This document shows positions 1 through 10,783 of a DNA stretch of 35,317 nucleotides, in pieces. Position numbers and translations under genes: made by a program. Positions within the stretch are counted from its first letter, which is position 1. Each line of letters starts with the position of its first letter. The notes beneath the pieces were generated by a model. It saw only the letters and a program-made list of their open reading frames with translations, was not told the DNA's origin and did not search any database. Origin of the DNA: an uncultured Bacilli bacterium (lineage in GTDB: Bacteria; Bacillota_I; Bacilli_A; RF39; UBA660); assembly GCA_944363825.1 (NCBI GenBank), contig CALVVK010000003.1, positions 1-35,317 of the forward strand. The letters are read 5' to 3'.

Positions 1-36
1 TAAATTGACATATTTTGACTAGTTTTGTCGAAATGC

Positions 37-64
37 TTGCAATCACAAAATAAGTCTTTATAAT
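37..64 (+). promoter_or_regulatory. sigma70/sigmaA promoter of the small toxin-like ORF
   Basis: TTGCAA (37-42), 16-nt spacer, TATAAT (59-64), about 65 nt upstream of the ATG at 130. Confidence 0.65.
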
Positions 65-129
65 AGAAACTTGTTACCTTTTAGTGGGAGTCTACTTTAC
101 TTAACCGGAGTCCGGCTTCAGGAAGAGGT

Positions 130-213
130 ATGAGCGATAATGAATTTTATCTAGTAATGATAATTATTATATTTGGCTTAATTGCCGATATCAATGAAAA
201 AAGACGCAAATAG
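130..213 (+). CDS. putative type I toxin, 27-aa single-TM peptide MSDNEFYLVMIIIIFGLIADINEKRRK
   Basis: Hand-translated. Purine-rich AGGAAGAGGT immediately upstream; hydrophobic core FYLVMIIIIFGLIA; basic C-terminal KRRK; flanked by a promoter, a downstream hairpin and a convergent antisense unit. Confidence 0.7.
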   Translation: MSDNEFYLVMIIIIFGLIADINEKRRK

Positions 214-262
214 CGCCAACGAATATAAGTAGGCGTTACAACCACTATGGGTAACGCTTACA
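197..262 (-). ncRNA. putative antisense antitoxin RNA (~65 nt, ends approximate)
   Basis: Minus-strand promoter at 268-296; 5' hairpin (231-259); 3' terminator GGCGC-tattt-GCGTC-TTTTTT (217-197) overlapping the last codons of the peptide ORF. Confidence 0.6.
231..259. terminator. stem-loop downstream of the toxin ORF, shared with the antisense RNA
   Basis: AGGCGTTAC (231-239) pairs with GTAACGCTT (251-259), with one G-U pair. Confidence 0.6.
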
Positions 263-267
263 GTTAT

Positions 268-296
268 ATTATATGATATTTTATAAATAATTACAA
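268..296 (-). promoter_or_regulatory. sigmaA promoter of the antisense RNA
   Basis: Minus strand TTGTAA (296-291), 17-nt spacer, TATAAT (273-268). Confidence 0.65.
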
Positions 297-335
297 TATT
301 TTTTAGTAACAAAATTTTGACAAAATTTTCTAGTT

Positions 336-1244
336 TTATTTTTCAAATTCAATTTCAATTATATTTTCTTTATGGATAAATTTATATTTTATTTTTTTAT
401 TATTGGAAAAATATATTACAACATATCGATATGAAAACAGTTTTATTTCTTCCTGATAAACTTTATGTTCAAAACCTATTTTGGTAATAGTCTCACCAAC
501 TAATTCTCTTTTTAATAATTTAGTAAAGTCATTATCATTTAAGTTGTTAAATACATTATTATCAACATAAACTTTATATTCATCTAATACTTTTAAAGTA
601 TCTTTACTACATTTAAGTAAAGTTATTAATGATTCATCTATTTTTCCAAATTTTGCGATTAATTTATTATCGGTAGTTTTTATAATATTACCAAAAATGT
701 TTATAAAATTTACTTTTTGACCAATAATTTTATGAAAATCATATATTTTAGTATAATCTTTATCTTTTTCATAAAAATTTAAAATATCATATATGGTATC
801 AAAATAATTAGATCTTTCGTCTTCATTTTCAAAACTAGAATTCAAAAATGAGGCTTCAGTGCCTATACCATCTAAGGCTTGGTTGATATTATTGCCTTTA
901 GTCATATGATTAAGTATTAATTTAGTCATTTTAATTAAGTCGTTATTTTCGGCAATAAAATGAAAATCACTTATTATTGATGGACCATATTTATCAACAT
1001 CTAAACCATATTCTATAAATAATTCTAATAAAGGATACAAATCAGGATACTTATCTAAAGCAGTAAAAATACATTCACCAAAAAAGGTTGACCAATATTC
1101 GTAATCTTCAGTAATTTCACATTCTAAAGTTTCTAAAGCATTGGGGTTGGCTCCCATTACAAATAATTCTCTTACTTTTTCTATATCGATAACTTTATTA
1201 TCAATTAGTTCTAATATTTTCTTTTCCAGTTTCCCTATTAACAT
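336..1244 (-). CDS. hypothetical protein with degenerate ankyrin-like repeats at the N-terminus
   Basis: 302-aa ORF; VRELFVMGANPNA and LLELFIEYGLDVD resemble the ankyrin LL..GA.VN pattern; ATG overlaps the upstream stop (TAATG). Confidence 0.7.
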   Translation of the reverse strand: MLIGKLEKKILELIDNKVIDIEKVRELFVMGANPNALETLECEITEDYEYWSTFFGECIFTALDKYPDLYPLLELFIEYGLDVDKYGPSIISDFHFIAENNDLIKMTKLILNHMTKGNNINQALDGIGTEASFLNSSFENEDERSNYFDTIYDILNFYEKDKDYTKIYDFHKIIGQKVNFINIFGNIIKTTDNKLIAKFGKIDESLITLLKCSKDTLKVLDEYKVYVDNNVFNNLNDNDFTKLLKRELVGETITKIGFEHKVYQEEIKLFSYRYVVIYFSNNKKIKYKFIHKENIIEIEFEK

Positions 1245-1441
1245 TATTCATTATCCTCATAATAATAATCATCTTCTTCTAACTCTTCTTCTTCGAAAGA
1301 AGTAGAATCATATTTTCCTTCATCAACTAACTTTTCTTGCCAATCTTCTAAATTAGAATCTTTCTTTTTCTTACTGTTTTCTTCTAAAAAAGAAAACAAG
1401 CCAAGTTTTTTAGAATCATCTTTTTCTTTAAACAAACCCAT
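1244..1441 (-). CDS. small highly acidic hypothetical protein (65 aa)
   Basis: Start revised to the ATG at 1441 with SD AAGGTG; the longer TTG start at 1573 coincides with the -35 box. 23 of 65 residues are D/E. Confidence 0.7.
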   Translation of the reverse strand: MGLFKEKDDSKKLGLFSFLEENSKKKKDSNLEDWQEKLVDEGKYDSTSFEEEELEEDDYYYEDNE

Positions 1442-1544
1442 ATAATCACCTTCATAACTGAGGAAACACCACATTAAATGAAAGCACTCCGTTGGTAAAC
1501 AAAATAATGGATACCAAGCAAGTGGAGGACTTCCAAGTGATGTA

Positions 1545-1573
1545 AATATAGCAAATTCAATATAAAATGTCAA
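1545..1573 (-). promoter_or_regulatory. sigmaA promoter with extended -10
   Basis: TTGACA (1573-1568), 17-nt spacer ending TGc, TATATT (1550-1545). Confidence 0.65.
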
Positions 1574-1650
1574 TATCCGTACAATTTGAACGAAGTCTAA
1601 ATTTATCGAAATCCTGGATAAAACAACATCATCATTCCGCTGGATTTCTT

Positions 1651-2097
1651 TTAATTAAGTTTATAACCTAATTTTTCTAATTCCATTACTGCAATAGCTG
1701 ACAGTTCATCTTTAAATAGTTCTTTAATATCAAAAAAATCTGCACCAAGTGAATCATCATTAACTGCATCGATTTTTATTTTCTTTTTAATTTCATTATT
1801 ATAACTTAAAACTTTAAAGAAAATACCAGTATGATGAACTTTTACTAAAACATTTTCTTTAAATTGCCATTCAAAAGCCACAGAGTCGGCATCAAACAAT
1901 TGATAATCAACTACTTCTATACCAACTTCTTCCATTAACTCTCTTTTTAATGCTTCTTCTGGTCTTTCACAAAATTCTATTGTACCACCTGGCAAATCAA
2001 GTTTTCCATCATAAGGGCCTCCAGATTTTTTAATAAGTAAAATCTTATCTTCTTTTATTACCAAACCATAAGCCCCTAATTGTTTGAATTCTTTCAT
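1651..2097 (-). CDS. NUDIX hydrolase
   Basis: Nudix box GGTIEFCERPEEALKRELMEEVG; SD AAGGAG. Confidence 0.9.
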   Translation of the reverse strand: MKEFKQLGAYGLVIKEDKILLIKKSGGPYDGKLDLPGGTIEFCERPEEALKRELMEEVGIEVVDYQLFDADSVAFEWQFKENVLVKVHHTGIFFKVLSYNNEIKKKIKIDAVNDDSLGADFFDIKELFKDELSAIAVMELEKLGYKLN

Positions 2098-2142
2098 TAT
2101 TTTTTCTCCTTCTATTTTTTTGAATTAACAATATATCCAAAT

Positions 2143-2193
2143 AAAAAACTCCATCCTTCCTCCATAAACCTAATTATAGATTGAACAGAGTTT
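2143..2193 (-). terminator. intrinsic terminator after the SDR gene
   Basis: Long imperfect stem AAACTCTGTTC...GGATGGAGTTT followed by further T residues on the minus strand. Confidence 0.55.
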
Positions 2194-2202
2194 ATTAATT
2201 AT

Positions 2203-2958
2203 TTATTTGCCCATTTTTTTTCCCTGAATATGATAAGCAATTATAAGTTGTAAACGATATGGGGCAAATCTGGTGAAGAATAAAGTTAATTTCATTTTAA
2301 ATGTGGGAACAATAAGTAATTTTCTTTTAAACATCTTATCAATAGCATATTTGGCTACATAAGCAGGATCGGCCTCATTAATGGCAAATTCGCCATGGGC
2401 AACTTTATTAAAATTAGTATTGACTGGGCCGGGACATAATGCCGAGATTGAAACCTTACTCTTCCCTTGCCTTAATTCTTCATTAATAGCCATAGTTAGT
2501 TTAGTTATATAATTTTTAGTAGCATAATAAGTACTAAGACGAGGTCCTGCCATAAAACCAGCGCTGGAACAGACATTTAAAATATAACCGGAGTCTTTTT
2601 TAATAAAATCTTTTAAAAATAATTTAGTTAAGATATGATAACATTTAATATTTAAATTGATCATTTCTAATTCGCGGTCTAAGTCAGTATCTTTGAAAAG
2701 ACCAAAAAGACCAAAGCCCGCATTATTAATTAAAATATCGATAGAATCATTCTTAGTAAGTTCATATAATTTATAAACATTATCTAGAATTGTTAAATCA
2801 AGAGTAATAATTTTAACATTGGCATTGACATCTTTTTTTATCTTTTCTAGGGCTTTTTTATTTCTTGCGACTAGAATTAAGTCAATATTTTGGCTAGCCA
2901 AGTAATAAGCCATATGTTTACCTATACCACTTGATGCTCCAGTTAATAATGCTTTCAT
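2203..2958 (-). CDS. short-chain dehydrogenase/reductase (DltE-like)
   Basis: TGASSGIG, NNAG and YYATK (YxxxK) motifs. Confidence 0.9.
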   Translation of the reverse strand: MKALLTGASSGIGKHMAYYLASQNIDLILVARNKKALEKIKKDVNANVKIITLDLTILDNVYKLYELTKNDSIDILINNAGFGLFGLFKDTDLDRELEMINLNIKCYHILTKLFLKDFIKKDSGYILNVCSSAGFMAGPRLSTYYATKNYITKLTMAINEELRQGKSKVSISALCPGPVNTNFNKVAHGEFAINEADPAYVAKYAIDKMFKRKLLIVPTFKMKLTLFFTRFAPYRLQLIIAYHIQGKKMGK

Positions 2959-4575
2959 TTAATCACCTTCAAGGACACTAATTATATTTGGTTGTATTTG
3001 TTTTTTACGAGATACAATTTTTGGTAAAAACATACATTGATGAATATGTTTTAAACCAAAACTATCTTGGATAATACCTGCTGCTGCATCATTATAAAGA
3101 ACATAAGATCCATTTTTAATAACATCAGTTATAAATATTGTTACAATACTATAATTTAGAGTTACCATTTCATTAAGTTTAGCAATAAATTCATCGATGT
3201 TTTTCTCTACTGTTTCAATATCCATCGTCATTATTTGACTAATTCCTAGTAATTTATCCCCAACTACATAGGACTTAAAGTCAGTTTTGATTAGTTCTTC
3301 AACACTCTTACCTTCAATTGAACTTGATGCCTTTAACATTTCGTAGCCGTAGGTATCAATATCAACTTTAGCAATACTCGCTAGTTTAACTGCGACAAAT
3401 TTATCATCTTCAGTTGTTGTAGGACTAGTAAGTAATAAAGTATCTGATAAAATTGCCGAAAGCATTAAGCCTGCCATGTTTTTCGGAATACTTACCTTTT
3501 GTTCTTTATACATATCATAGATCATTGTTGCCGTACAACCTACTGGCCGCGAGCGAAAATTAATCGGAAGTGAAGTCCCAATATCACCAATATTATGATG
3601 GTCAATTATTTCTAAAATATCCGCTTCATCAAGGCCATCAACTGATTGGGCAAAATTATTATGATCGACTAAAATAACTTTTTGCTTTTCATAAATATTA
3701 GGTCCTGTCAATTTAATTAAACCAAGACATTCATTTTTATTATTAACAACAGGATAATTAGAATGATTAACCCGATGAGTCATGTTTTTAAACTCATTAT
3801 AATAATCTTCATTATTGACAGTAATTGGACTTTTATTAAGATTGATACTTTTAACAAAGTTACTTAAAAGAATTTTATTAGCAATTTGAAAACTATCTAA
3901 TTCCGAAGCAATAATATTTATTCGCTTAGCCTCGGCTTTTTTAATAATTTTTTTATCTACATTGATATTAAGGGGTAAAATAATTAATTTAACCTGGGAG
4001 TCAATTGCATATTCTAATATTTTAGTCCGATCACCTACAATTAAAATATCTTCATTAGATAACTCTACTTCTTTTTGAAATGTTTTATCTTTTAAACCAG
4101 CAATTAATATATCACCAGAAATATATTCATCAAATTTGGTAATAACTTTGGCATTTAATGTTTCAATTATATTATCAAGTAAAGTATTAACTATTTCTTT
4201 ATTACCATTAATTAAATAACGAGCAATTTCTTTTAAAGTAACATAACCAGTTAATTTCTTTTTATCATCTATTAAAGGAACGGCGGTAGTATTTTGTTTT
4301 TGCATTAAATTGAAGGCCGCATTTATACTAGATAATTCATTAATATATGCCTTTTTATCATATTTAATATTTTTAATCCGAATCCTAACGTCATTTAAAT
4401 AACTAGGTACTGGTACTTTAAAATAATCTAAGACAAATTTGGTTTCGTTATTAATATTACCCAAAACTTTTGGGGCGGTTTTTCCTCCTTGTTCATTTTT
4501 TAGATATGATAAGGCTATTGCGGAACAGACAGAATCAGTATCGGGATTTTTATGTCCAAAAATAAATGTAGTCAT
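2959..4575 (-). CDS. ppaC: Mn-dependent family II inorganic pyrophosphatase with a CBS/DRTGG-like insert
   Basis: GHKNPDTDS, DHH, ILSDT and SRKKQ motifs; a ~230-aa insert between the DHH halves with CBS-like segments and IVGDR. Confidence 0.9.
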   Translation of the reverse strand: MTTFIFGHKNPDTDSVCSAIALSYLKNEQGGKTAPKVLGNINNETKFVLDYFKVPVPSYLNDVRIRIKNIKYDKKAYINELSSINAAFNLMQKQNTTAVPLIDDKKKLTGYVTLKEIARYLINGNKEIVNTLLDNIIETLNAKVITKFDEYISGDILIAGLKDKTFQKEVELSNEDILIVGDRTKILEYAIDSQVKLIILPLNINVDKKIIKKAEAKRINIIASELDSFQIANKILLSNFVKSINLNKSPITVNNEDYYNEFKNMTHRVNHSNYPVVNNKNECLGLIKLTGPNIYEKQKVILVDHNNFAQSVDGLDEADILEIIDHHNIGDIGTSLPINFRSRPVGCTATMIYDMYKEQKVSIPKNMAGLMLSAILSDTLLLTSPTTTEDDKFVAVKLASIAKVDIDTYGYEMLKASSSIEGKSVEELIKTDFKSYVVGDKLLGISQIMTMDIETVEKNIDEFIAKLNEMVTLNYSIVTIFITDVIKNGSYVLYNDAAAGIIQDSFGLKHIHQCMFLPKIVSRKKQIQPNIISVLEGD

Positions 4576-4615
4576 TTTTCACCTCTTCATGATTTTATCA
4601 TAATATTACAGTTTT

Positions 4616-6559
4616 TTAAATACCTTTTAATTCATAAAGAATATCTCTTAATTCCATGGCTCTTTCAAAATCAAGGTTCCGAGCCGCTTCGTGCATTTCA
4701 TCTTCGACTTGCAGAATCATTCGTTGTTTTTCTTTCTTACTCAATTTTTTCTTTTCATCTACAACTAAATCATTACTTACAACTTCTTTAATTTCTTTAG
4801 TTATAGTTTTAGGAACAATTCCATGTTCTTTATTAAATTTTTCTTGAATTTCTCTTCTTCTTTTGGTTTCTTTAATGGCCTCATCCATAGCATCACTTAT
4901 CGCATCGGCATACATAATTACTTTACCATTCGCATTACGGGCACATCTTCCTATTGTTTGAATAAGACTTCTACTACTTCGTAAGAATCCTTGCTTGTCG
5001 GCATCAAGGATACAAATTAAACTTACTTCTGGTATATCCAAGCCTTCCCGCAGGAGATTGATACCCACTACACAATCATAAACACCAAGGCGCAGGTCTT
5101 GAATTATTTTAAGACGTTCTAATGTTTTAATTTCACTATGTAAATAAGCAACTTTAATATTCATTTCTTTTAAATAATTAGTTAATTCTTCACTCATTCT
5201 AATAGTTAGCGTAGTAATCAAGACTCTTTCGTTTTTAGCAATTCGCTCTTTAATTTCCCCGATGATATCATCGATTTGGCCAACACTCGGACGAACTTCA
5301 ATAATTGGATCAAGTAGTCCAGTTGGACGAATAATTTGTTCGACATATTTACCATTAGTGCGTTCTAATTCATAATCACCTGGAGTTGCGGATACATAAA
5401 TGGCTTGATTGATATGGGCATTAAATTCTTCAAAAGTAAGAGGACGATTATCAAGAGCACTCGGAAGACGAAAGCCATAATCTACTAAAGTTTGCTTCCG
5501 CATTCTATCGCCATTATACATGCCCCGGACTTGGGGTAAAGTCACGTGAGATTCATCGACGACTAGTAAAAAGTCTTTTGGGAAAAAGTCGATCAAACAA
5601 CTAGGAGTTTCTCCCGCATTCCGTAAGGCCAAGTGTCTCGAATAGTTTTCAACCCCACTGCAAAAACCAGTTTCACGCAACATTTCAATATCATAATTAG
5701 TGCGTTCCCGCAAACGTTGTTCTTCGATTAACTTGTTTTGGGAATGTAATTCTTCAAGCCGTAATTTAAGTTCTTCTTCTATTCTTTTGATAGCAATTTC
5801 TAATTTATCTTTACTGGTAACAAAGTGTGATGCCGGAGATATCGTAATACTTTTTTTATTCGCAGTAACTACACCAGTTAAAGGATCAAAAAGTGAAATA
5901 CTATCAACAACATCATCTTCTAAAATAACGCGTATTCCACTAGCCCGTTCATTAACTGGAACAATATCAATTGAATCCCCTCGCACCCGGAATGTTCCCC
6001 GGTGAAAATCTAAGTCACTGCGCTCATAAGTCATATCGATAAGTCTATTTAATATTTTATTACGGGTAATATGATCACCAATATTTAAAATAAGCATATT
6101 TTTTTCATACTCTTCTTTTTCCCCAATACCATAAATACAGGAAACAGAGGCCACTACAATAACATCACGATAATTAATTAAAGCAGACGTTGCGGCATGT
6201 CTTAATTCATCAATTTCATCATTAATTGAGGCATCTTTTTCTATATAAGTATCACTGCTTGGTACATACGCTTCGGGTTGATAATAATCGTAATAGGAAA
6301 CAAAGTATTCAACATGATTATTAGGGAAGAATTCTTTTAATTCCGCGTAGAGTTGCCCAGCAAGAGTTTTATTGTGAGCCAGGACAAGGGTTGGTTTATT
6401 AACATTTTTAATTACATTAGCAATAGTAAAAGTTTTACCTGTACCAGTTGCCCCAAGTAATACTTGTTCTTTTTTCCCACTCATGATGCCATCAGTTAAT
6501 TCTTTTATGGCTTCGGGTTGATCTCCACTGGGAGTAAATTTAGATACTAATTCAAACAT
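4616..6559 (-). CDS. uvrB: excinuclease ABC subunit B
   Basis: [30 protein letters not shown] and C-terminal UVR motif [11 protein letters not shown]. Confidence 0.98.
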   Translation of the reverse strand: MFELVSKFTPSGDQPEAIKELTDGIMSGKKEQVLLGATGTGKTFTIANVIKNVNKPTLVLAHNKTLAGQLYAELKEFFPNNHVEYFVSYYDYYQPEAYVPSSDTYIEKDASINDEIDELRHAATSALINYRDVIVVASVSCIYGIGEKEEYEKNMLILNIGDHITRNKILNRLIDMTYERSDLDFHRGTFRVRGDSIDIVPVNERASGIRVILEDDVVDSISLFDPLTGVVTANKKSITISPASHFVTSKDKLEIAIKRIEEELKLRLEELHSQNKLIEEQRLRERTNYDIEMLRETGFCSGVENYSRHLALRNAGETPSCLIDFFPKDFLLVVDESHVTLPQVRGMYNGDRMRKQTLVDYGFRLPSALDNRPLTFEEFNAHINQAIYVSATPGDYELERTNGKYVEQIIRPTGLLDPIIEVRPSVGQIDDIIGEIKERIAKNERVLITTLTIRMSEELTNYLKEMNIKVAYLHSEIKTLERLKIIQDLRLGVYDCVVGINLLREGLDIPEVSLICILDADKQGFLRSSRSLIQTIGRCARNANGKVIMYADAISDAMDEAIKETKRRREIQEKFNKEHGIVPKTITKEIKEVVSNDLVVDEKKKLSKKEKQRMILQVEDEMHEAARNLDFERAMELRDILYELKGI

Positions 6560-6628
6560 TGAGGACCACTCCTTATTTCTTATTATAAATAAATTTTAAG
6601 ATATTATATATCAATTATTTTCTAAAAG

Positions 6629-7147
6629 TCAACATTCCTTATTATTTAAATATATCGTTATGGCAGCAATCATATCGGGAGCAATAGTTTCATTAGTAAT
6701 ATTCTTAGGAATATTTTCTTTAATTGCTGTTATTGCTTCCGTTAAAGGTAATTTTATTATCTGATAATTTGCTTCTATTTCCTGTTCTGTAAGTTTTCTT
6801 TTTGATAAATCAATATTTTTAGTAGTTTCAATTAAATAATAATATATTTCATTTTTTCTATTGATTCCTACTGTAGGATAATCTTTGTTTAAATAAGTAA
6901 CTTTATAAAATGGTTCTTTTATCTCAGTATCATCTAAATAAATACCTGTTTCTTCTAAAACTTCTCTTTTTAAACATTCTTTAAATGTTTCGCCTTCTTC
7001 TAAATGGCCACCAGGAAATTGCCAAACATTATTACCATTACCAATAAGGATATTATCATCTTTTATAATTAACGCTTTTATTCTAATAACAATATCATTT
7101 ATATCTTTTTCTGCTAAATTAGCATAATTATATATTTTTTCTAGCAT
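6629..7147 (-). CDS. NUDIX hydrolase
   Basis: Nudix box [23 protein letters not shown]; SD GGAG. Confidence 0.9.
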   Translation of the reverse strand: MLEKIYNYANLAEKDINDIVIRIKALIIKDDNILIGNGNNVWQFPGGHLEEGETFKECLKREVLEETGIYLDDTEIKEPFYKVTYLNKDYPTVGINRKNEIYYYLIETTKNIDLSKRKLTEQEIEANYQIIKLPLTEAITAIKENIPKNITNETIAPDMIAAITIYLNNKEC

Positions 7148-7160
7148 TTTTATAATCTCC

Positions 7161-8927
7161 TTACATCTTTTTAGGAATATTTATTCCTAATATTTTTAAT
7201 AATAATTCATTAGTTTTAAATACAACTTCTGATAAACCTAACCATGATTGTTGAATTTCTTTATTTTCTTCTGTTAATATTCTATTTGCGGTATAAAAAC
7301 TATTATAAGTATTAGTTAATTGATAGAGATATTCAGCAATTTCATTAAGGGATAATTCATTATAAGCATTATTTAGGATAACTGGTGTTTGCAATAATTT
7401 TAAAACTATATTCCGATCGTATTCATTAGCAATAATCCTAATTGGGCCGATGGGTAAGCCTTGTTCTTTAGCCTTATTTAATAAAGATTTTATTCTAATT
7501 GTTGAATACAATAAATATACTCCAGTTTTACCATTTAAATCACAGAATTTTTCTTCATCAAAAATATAATCAGTTGTCCGATTAGGTAATAAGTCGGCAT
7601 ATTTTAAAGCACTTACAGCAATGATATTGGAAATTTCCTCTCTTTCATCATCTACAATATTTGTATTTAGGTGTTTTATGGTTTCCTGTTTTACCATTTC
7701 AATTAAAGCAGATAAAGTCATAATCCCCCCATCACGGGTTTTAAATGGTTTACCGTCTTTACCATTCATTGTGCCAAAACCGATAAAATTTAACAAGACA
7801 TTCGAAGGAACTATTCCCGACTTATAAGCGGCGCGGAAAACTTGTTCAAAGTGTAAGGCTTGTCTTTTATCTACTACATACCATATTTCATCAGGATTAA
7901 AATCGTGCATCCTTTCCCATAAGGTCGCCAAGTCAGTTGTTTCATAGGAAATTGCGCCATTAGATTTTACTAATAATAACGGTGGCATTGGTGAGTTATC
8001 ATCAGGGTTACTAACATCCATAATCAATGCTCCTTGACTTTCATAAACTAATCCTTGATCTTTTAAATGTTGAATAACGGCAGGAACATATTTATCGGCA
8101 TCACTTTCGCCATTCCACAAATCAAATGATACATTTAATTTAGCATATATTTCTTTGATACTATTAGTGGATATTTTAACAATTTGTTGCCATAGTTCAT
8201 AATACCCTTTTTCTTTTTGTTGTAATTTTGTAGTAATCTCGCGGGCTTCTTCGAGATACTCTTCATCTTCCTTGGCCTTACTGCTAGCAATAGGATATAG
8301 TTTTTCTAAATCTTCATTTTTAATCGGACATTCTTTAGGATACTCGCCTTGATAATTTTCCACAAAATAAACCCAATTAGGATATCTTTTCTTTAATTCT
8401 AAAATAATTAAACCCATTGGTCGACCCCAGTCTCCCAGGTGAACATCACTTATTACCTCGCATTTTAATTCCCGGGCTAATCTTTTTAAGGCTTCACCAA
8501 TATTGGCACTTCTTAAATGGCCAACATGTAATGTTTTGGCAACATTGGGGCCACCATAGTCGATAATTATTTTTTTATTCTTATTAATAGCAATGTTATT
8601 ATTAATGTCTTGGTGAACATGATTCATATAATCAGTTAGAACTTTATCAGAAAATGTTATATTTATAAAACCAGGACCTGCCACCGTAACTTCTGAATAA
8701 TCAGAACTATCTAACATTTTCTCGATAATTTCAGCCGCAATTATTTGGGGTTTTTTTTGATATTTTTTGGCTAATTGCATAACCCCATTAAATTGATATT
8801 GGCCTAAATCTGGTCTTGCCGAAGGTAGTAATGAACAATTAGTTATTTCATAACCACAACCCACAATTATTTTTTTTATTTTTTCTTCTTGTTCATAAAT
8901 AAAACTTGGCATTAGATACCACCCCAT
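7161..8927 (-). CDS. argS: arginine--tRNA ligase (start may be 8912)
   Basis: [14 protein letters not shown] (HIGH motif), GDWG, FKTRDG, C-terminal DALR-like domain ending KM. Confidence 0.95.
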   Translation of the reverse strand: MGWYLMPSFIYEQEEKIKKIIVGCGYEITNCSLLPSARPDLGQYQFNGVMQLAKKYQKKPQIIAAEIIEKMLDSSDYSEVTVAGPGFINITFSDKVLTDYMNHVHQDINNNIAINKNKKIIIDYGGPNVAKTLHVGHLRSANIGEALKRLARELKCEVISDVHLGDWGRPMGLIILELKKRYPNWVYFVENYQGEYPKECPIKNEDLEKLYPIASSKAKEDEEYLEEAREITTKLQQKEKGYYELWQQIVKISTNSIKEIYAKLNVSFDLWNGESDADKYVPAVIQHLKDQGLVYESQGALIMDVSNPDDNSPMPPLLLVKSNGAISYETTDLATLWERMHDFNPDEIWYVVDKRQALHFEQVFRAAYKSGIVPSNVLLNFIGFGTMNGKDGKPFKTRDGGIMTLSALIEMVKQETIKHLNTNIVDDEREEISNIIAVSALKYADLLPNRTTDYIFDEEKFCDLNGKTGVYLLYSTIRIKSLLNKAKEQGLPIGPIRIIANEYDRNIVLKLLQTPVILNNAYNELSLNEIAEYLYQLTNTYNSFYTANRILTEENKEIQQSWLGLSEVVFKTNELLLKILGINIPKKM

Positions 8928-8955
8928 TACATTTTATTATAACATATTTTATAAT

Positions 8956-10779
8956 CTATCTAATAACATGTTTGGGGACATTGGCCCACCTGTCATCAAT
9001 ATTAATTACATTAAGAACATCTTTAATTTGATCTTTAGTAAAAGGTTTGGCTAAATAAGCACTAAAACCTAAGGCTAAATATTTTTCTTTAGCACCACTG
9101 ATAGCATCTGCCGTTACCGCAATTACGGGAGTTGCAAAGCCTGGTATGTTTTGTAATTCTTTTAAAGTTTCTTCACCCGATAACTCAGGCATCATGATAT
9201 CGAGGAAAATTACATCATATTTTTCGCCATTTTTTATTTTATTTAAACACTCTTGTCCACTTAAACAGGCATCTACTTTTAAACTTAAACTTTCTAAGGC
9301 TTTAGTAGCCACTTTTAAATTTAATTTATTATCATCTACAACTAATACTCTTTGTAATTTTTGATTAATAACTTTATTTTCTTTTTCTACATCAACATTT
9401 ATTTTTTGGGGAATATTGACAATAAATATTGAACCTACCCCAAAATTACTTTGAACATTTATTGTGCCATGCAACATTTCTACTAACGATTTCGTTATGG
9501 CTAAGCCTAAGCCTGTGCCCTCAGTTGTAGTATTTATATCATTGTCTAAACGTGCAAATTTTTCAAATAATTTAGCAATAAATTCTTTTTTTATACCTCG
9601 ACCGGTATCTTCAACTGAGATAATTAATAAACAAGTATTTTTCTTATTTACACATTTAACATTTAAGTTAATATGACCTTTTTCGGTATACTTTATAGCA
9701 TTTGTTAATAAATTATTAATAATAGTCTTAATATGAACTTTATCTCCAATTAAAAACTCGGGGATATCTTCAGCAATAGATAGATTAAATTCAATTGGTT
9801 TATTACCTATTTTTGTTGCAGTAATTTTAGCCATTTGCGTAATTTCTTCCCGAAAATTATAAGCACTTTCCTCAATATCAATTTTACCACTTTCAATTTT
9901 GTTGATATCTAGAATGTTACCAACAATTTCTAAAAGTGTCGATGATGCACTTTTAATATTTTCGATATCTTCAATTACAGACTCAGGAACTTGATCCTTA
10001 AAATTAACTATGTCTTCAGAAAAACCAACAATGGCATTTAAAGGAGTCCTTATTTCATGCGACATACTTGATAAAAAATCACTTTTAGCCCGATTGGCTT
10101 TTTCGGCTTGTTCCTTGGCTAAAATAACCGTATTTAACATTTTAACATCAGGGTTTTCAATAGTAAAATACATGATAAATAAAATATAAGAATAAAAGAA
10201 TCCTTCAAAAATTAGTTCATGATATAAATTTCTTAAAATAAAACCAAATAAATACAATAATATTAATATTAAAAATGGTAATAATTTAATAATATTATTT
10301 TTCTTATAAAGTAAATAAATAGTTAAGACAATGAATATAAAAAAACTAATTAATGAATAAATAATAGCAATATTATATGACCAGCCTTCGCCATCTAAAA
10401 TATTATCATAATATATTACATTTAATGGTAATAACAAAATTAATAAAATAGCAATAATAGTTATTGTATTAAGTAAAATGTTAATAACATTGGATTTTTT
10501 TATATCAAATATTAGAAGACAATATTTAATAGAATAATAATTTAGAATAACTAGAATACTCATGTATATTTTTTGAAAAATTTCAATTAACGTAAAGTTG
10601 GCAGTTGTTTTAGCAATTATAAATGTAATTAAACCAATAATGATAAATATTGTATTTAATATTAATAATCTAGAATAAATAGTAACCTCATTATTATGAA
10701 TATGCTTTTTGGCATAAAACAAGATAAGTAATGTTATAGTTAATAACAAACCAACACTAGGTAATAAAACTGCTCCCAT
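8956..10779 (-). CDS. hybrid sensor histidine kinase/response regulator with a ~7-TM input domain
   Basis: About seven hydrophobic segments; H-box SHEIRTPLN; N-box NLLTNAIKY; G boxes DTGRG and GTGLGL; receiver VVDDN...LDIMMP...AKP. Confidence 0.93.
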   Translation of the reverse strand: MGAVLLPSVGLLLTITLLILFYAKKHIHNNEVTIYSRLLILNTIFIIIGLITFIIAKTTANFTLIEIFQKIYMSILVILNYYSIKYCLLIFDIKKSNVINILLNTITIIAILLILLLPLNVIYYDNILDGEGWSYNIAIIYSLISFFIFIVLTIYLLYKKNNIIKLLPFLILILLYLFGFILRNLYHELIFEGFFYSYILFIMYFTIENPDVKMLNTVILAKEQAEKANRAKSDFLSSMSHEIRTPLNAIVGFSEDIVNFKDQVPESVIEDIENIKSASSTLLEIVGNILDINKIESGKIDIEESAYNFREEITQMAKITATKIGNKPIEFNLSIAEDIPEFLIGDKVHIKTIINNLLTNAIKYTEKGHINLNVKCVNKKNTCLLIISVEDTGRGIKKEFIAKLFEKFARLDNDINTTTEGTGLGLAITKSLVEMLHGTINVQSNFGVGSIFIVNIPQKINVDVEKENKVINQKLQRVLVVDDNKLNLKVATKALESLSLKVDACLSGQECLNKIKNGEKYDVIFLDIMMPELSGEETLKELQNIPGFATPVIAVTADAISGAKEKYLALGFSAYLAKPFTKDQIKDVLNVINIDDRWANVPKHVIR

Positions 10780-10783
10780 TTAT

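Noticed and set aside
1442-1573. N-terminal 44 aa of the 109-aa ORF in the track
   Set aside because: Its TTG is the -35 hexamer of a good promoter and has no SD; the ATG at 1441 has an SD
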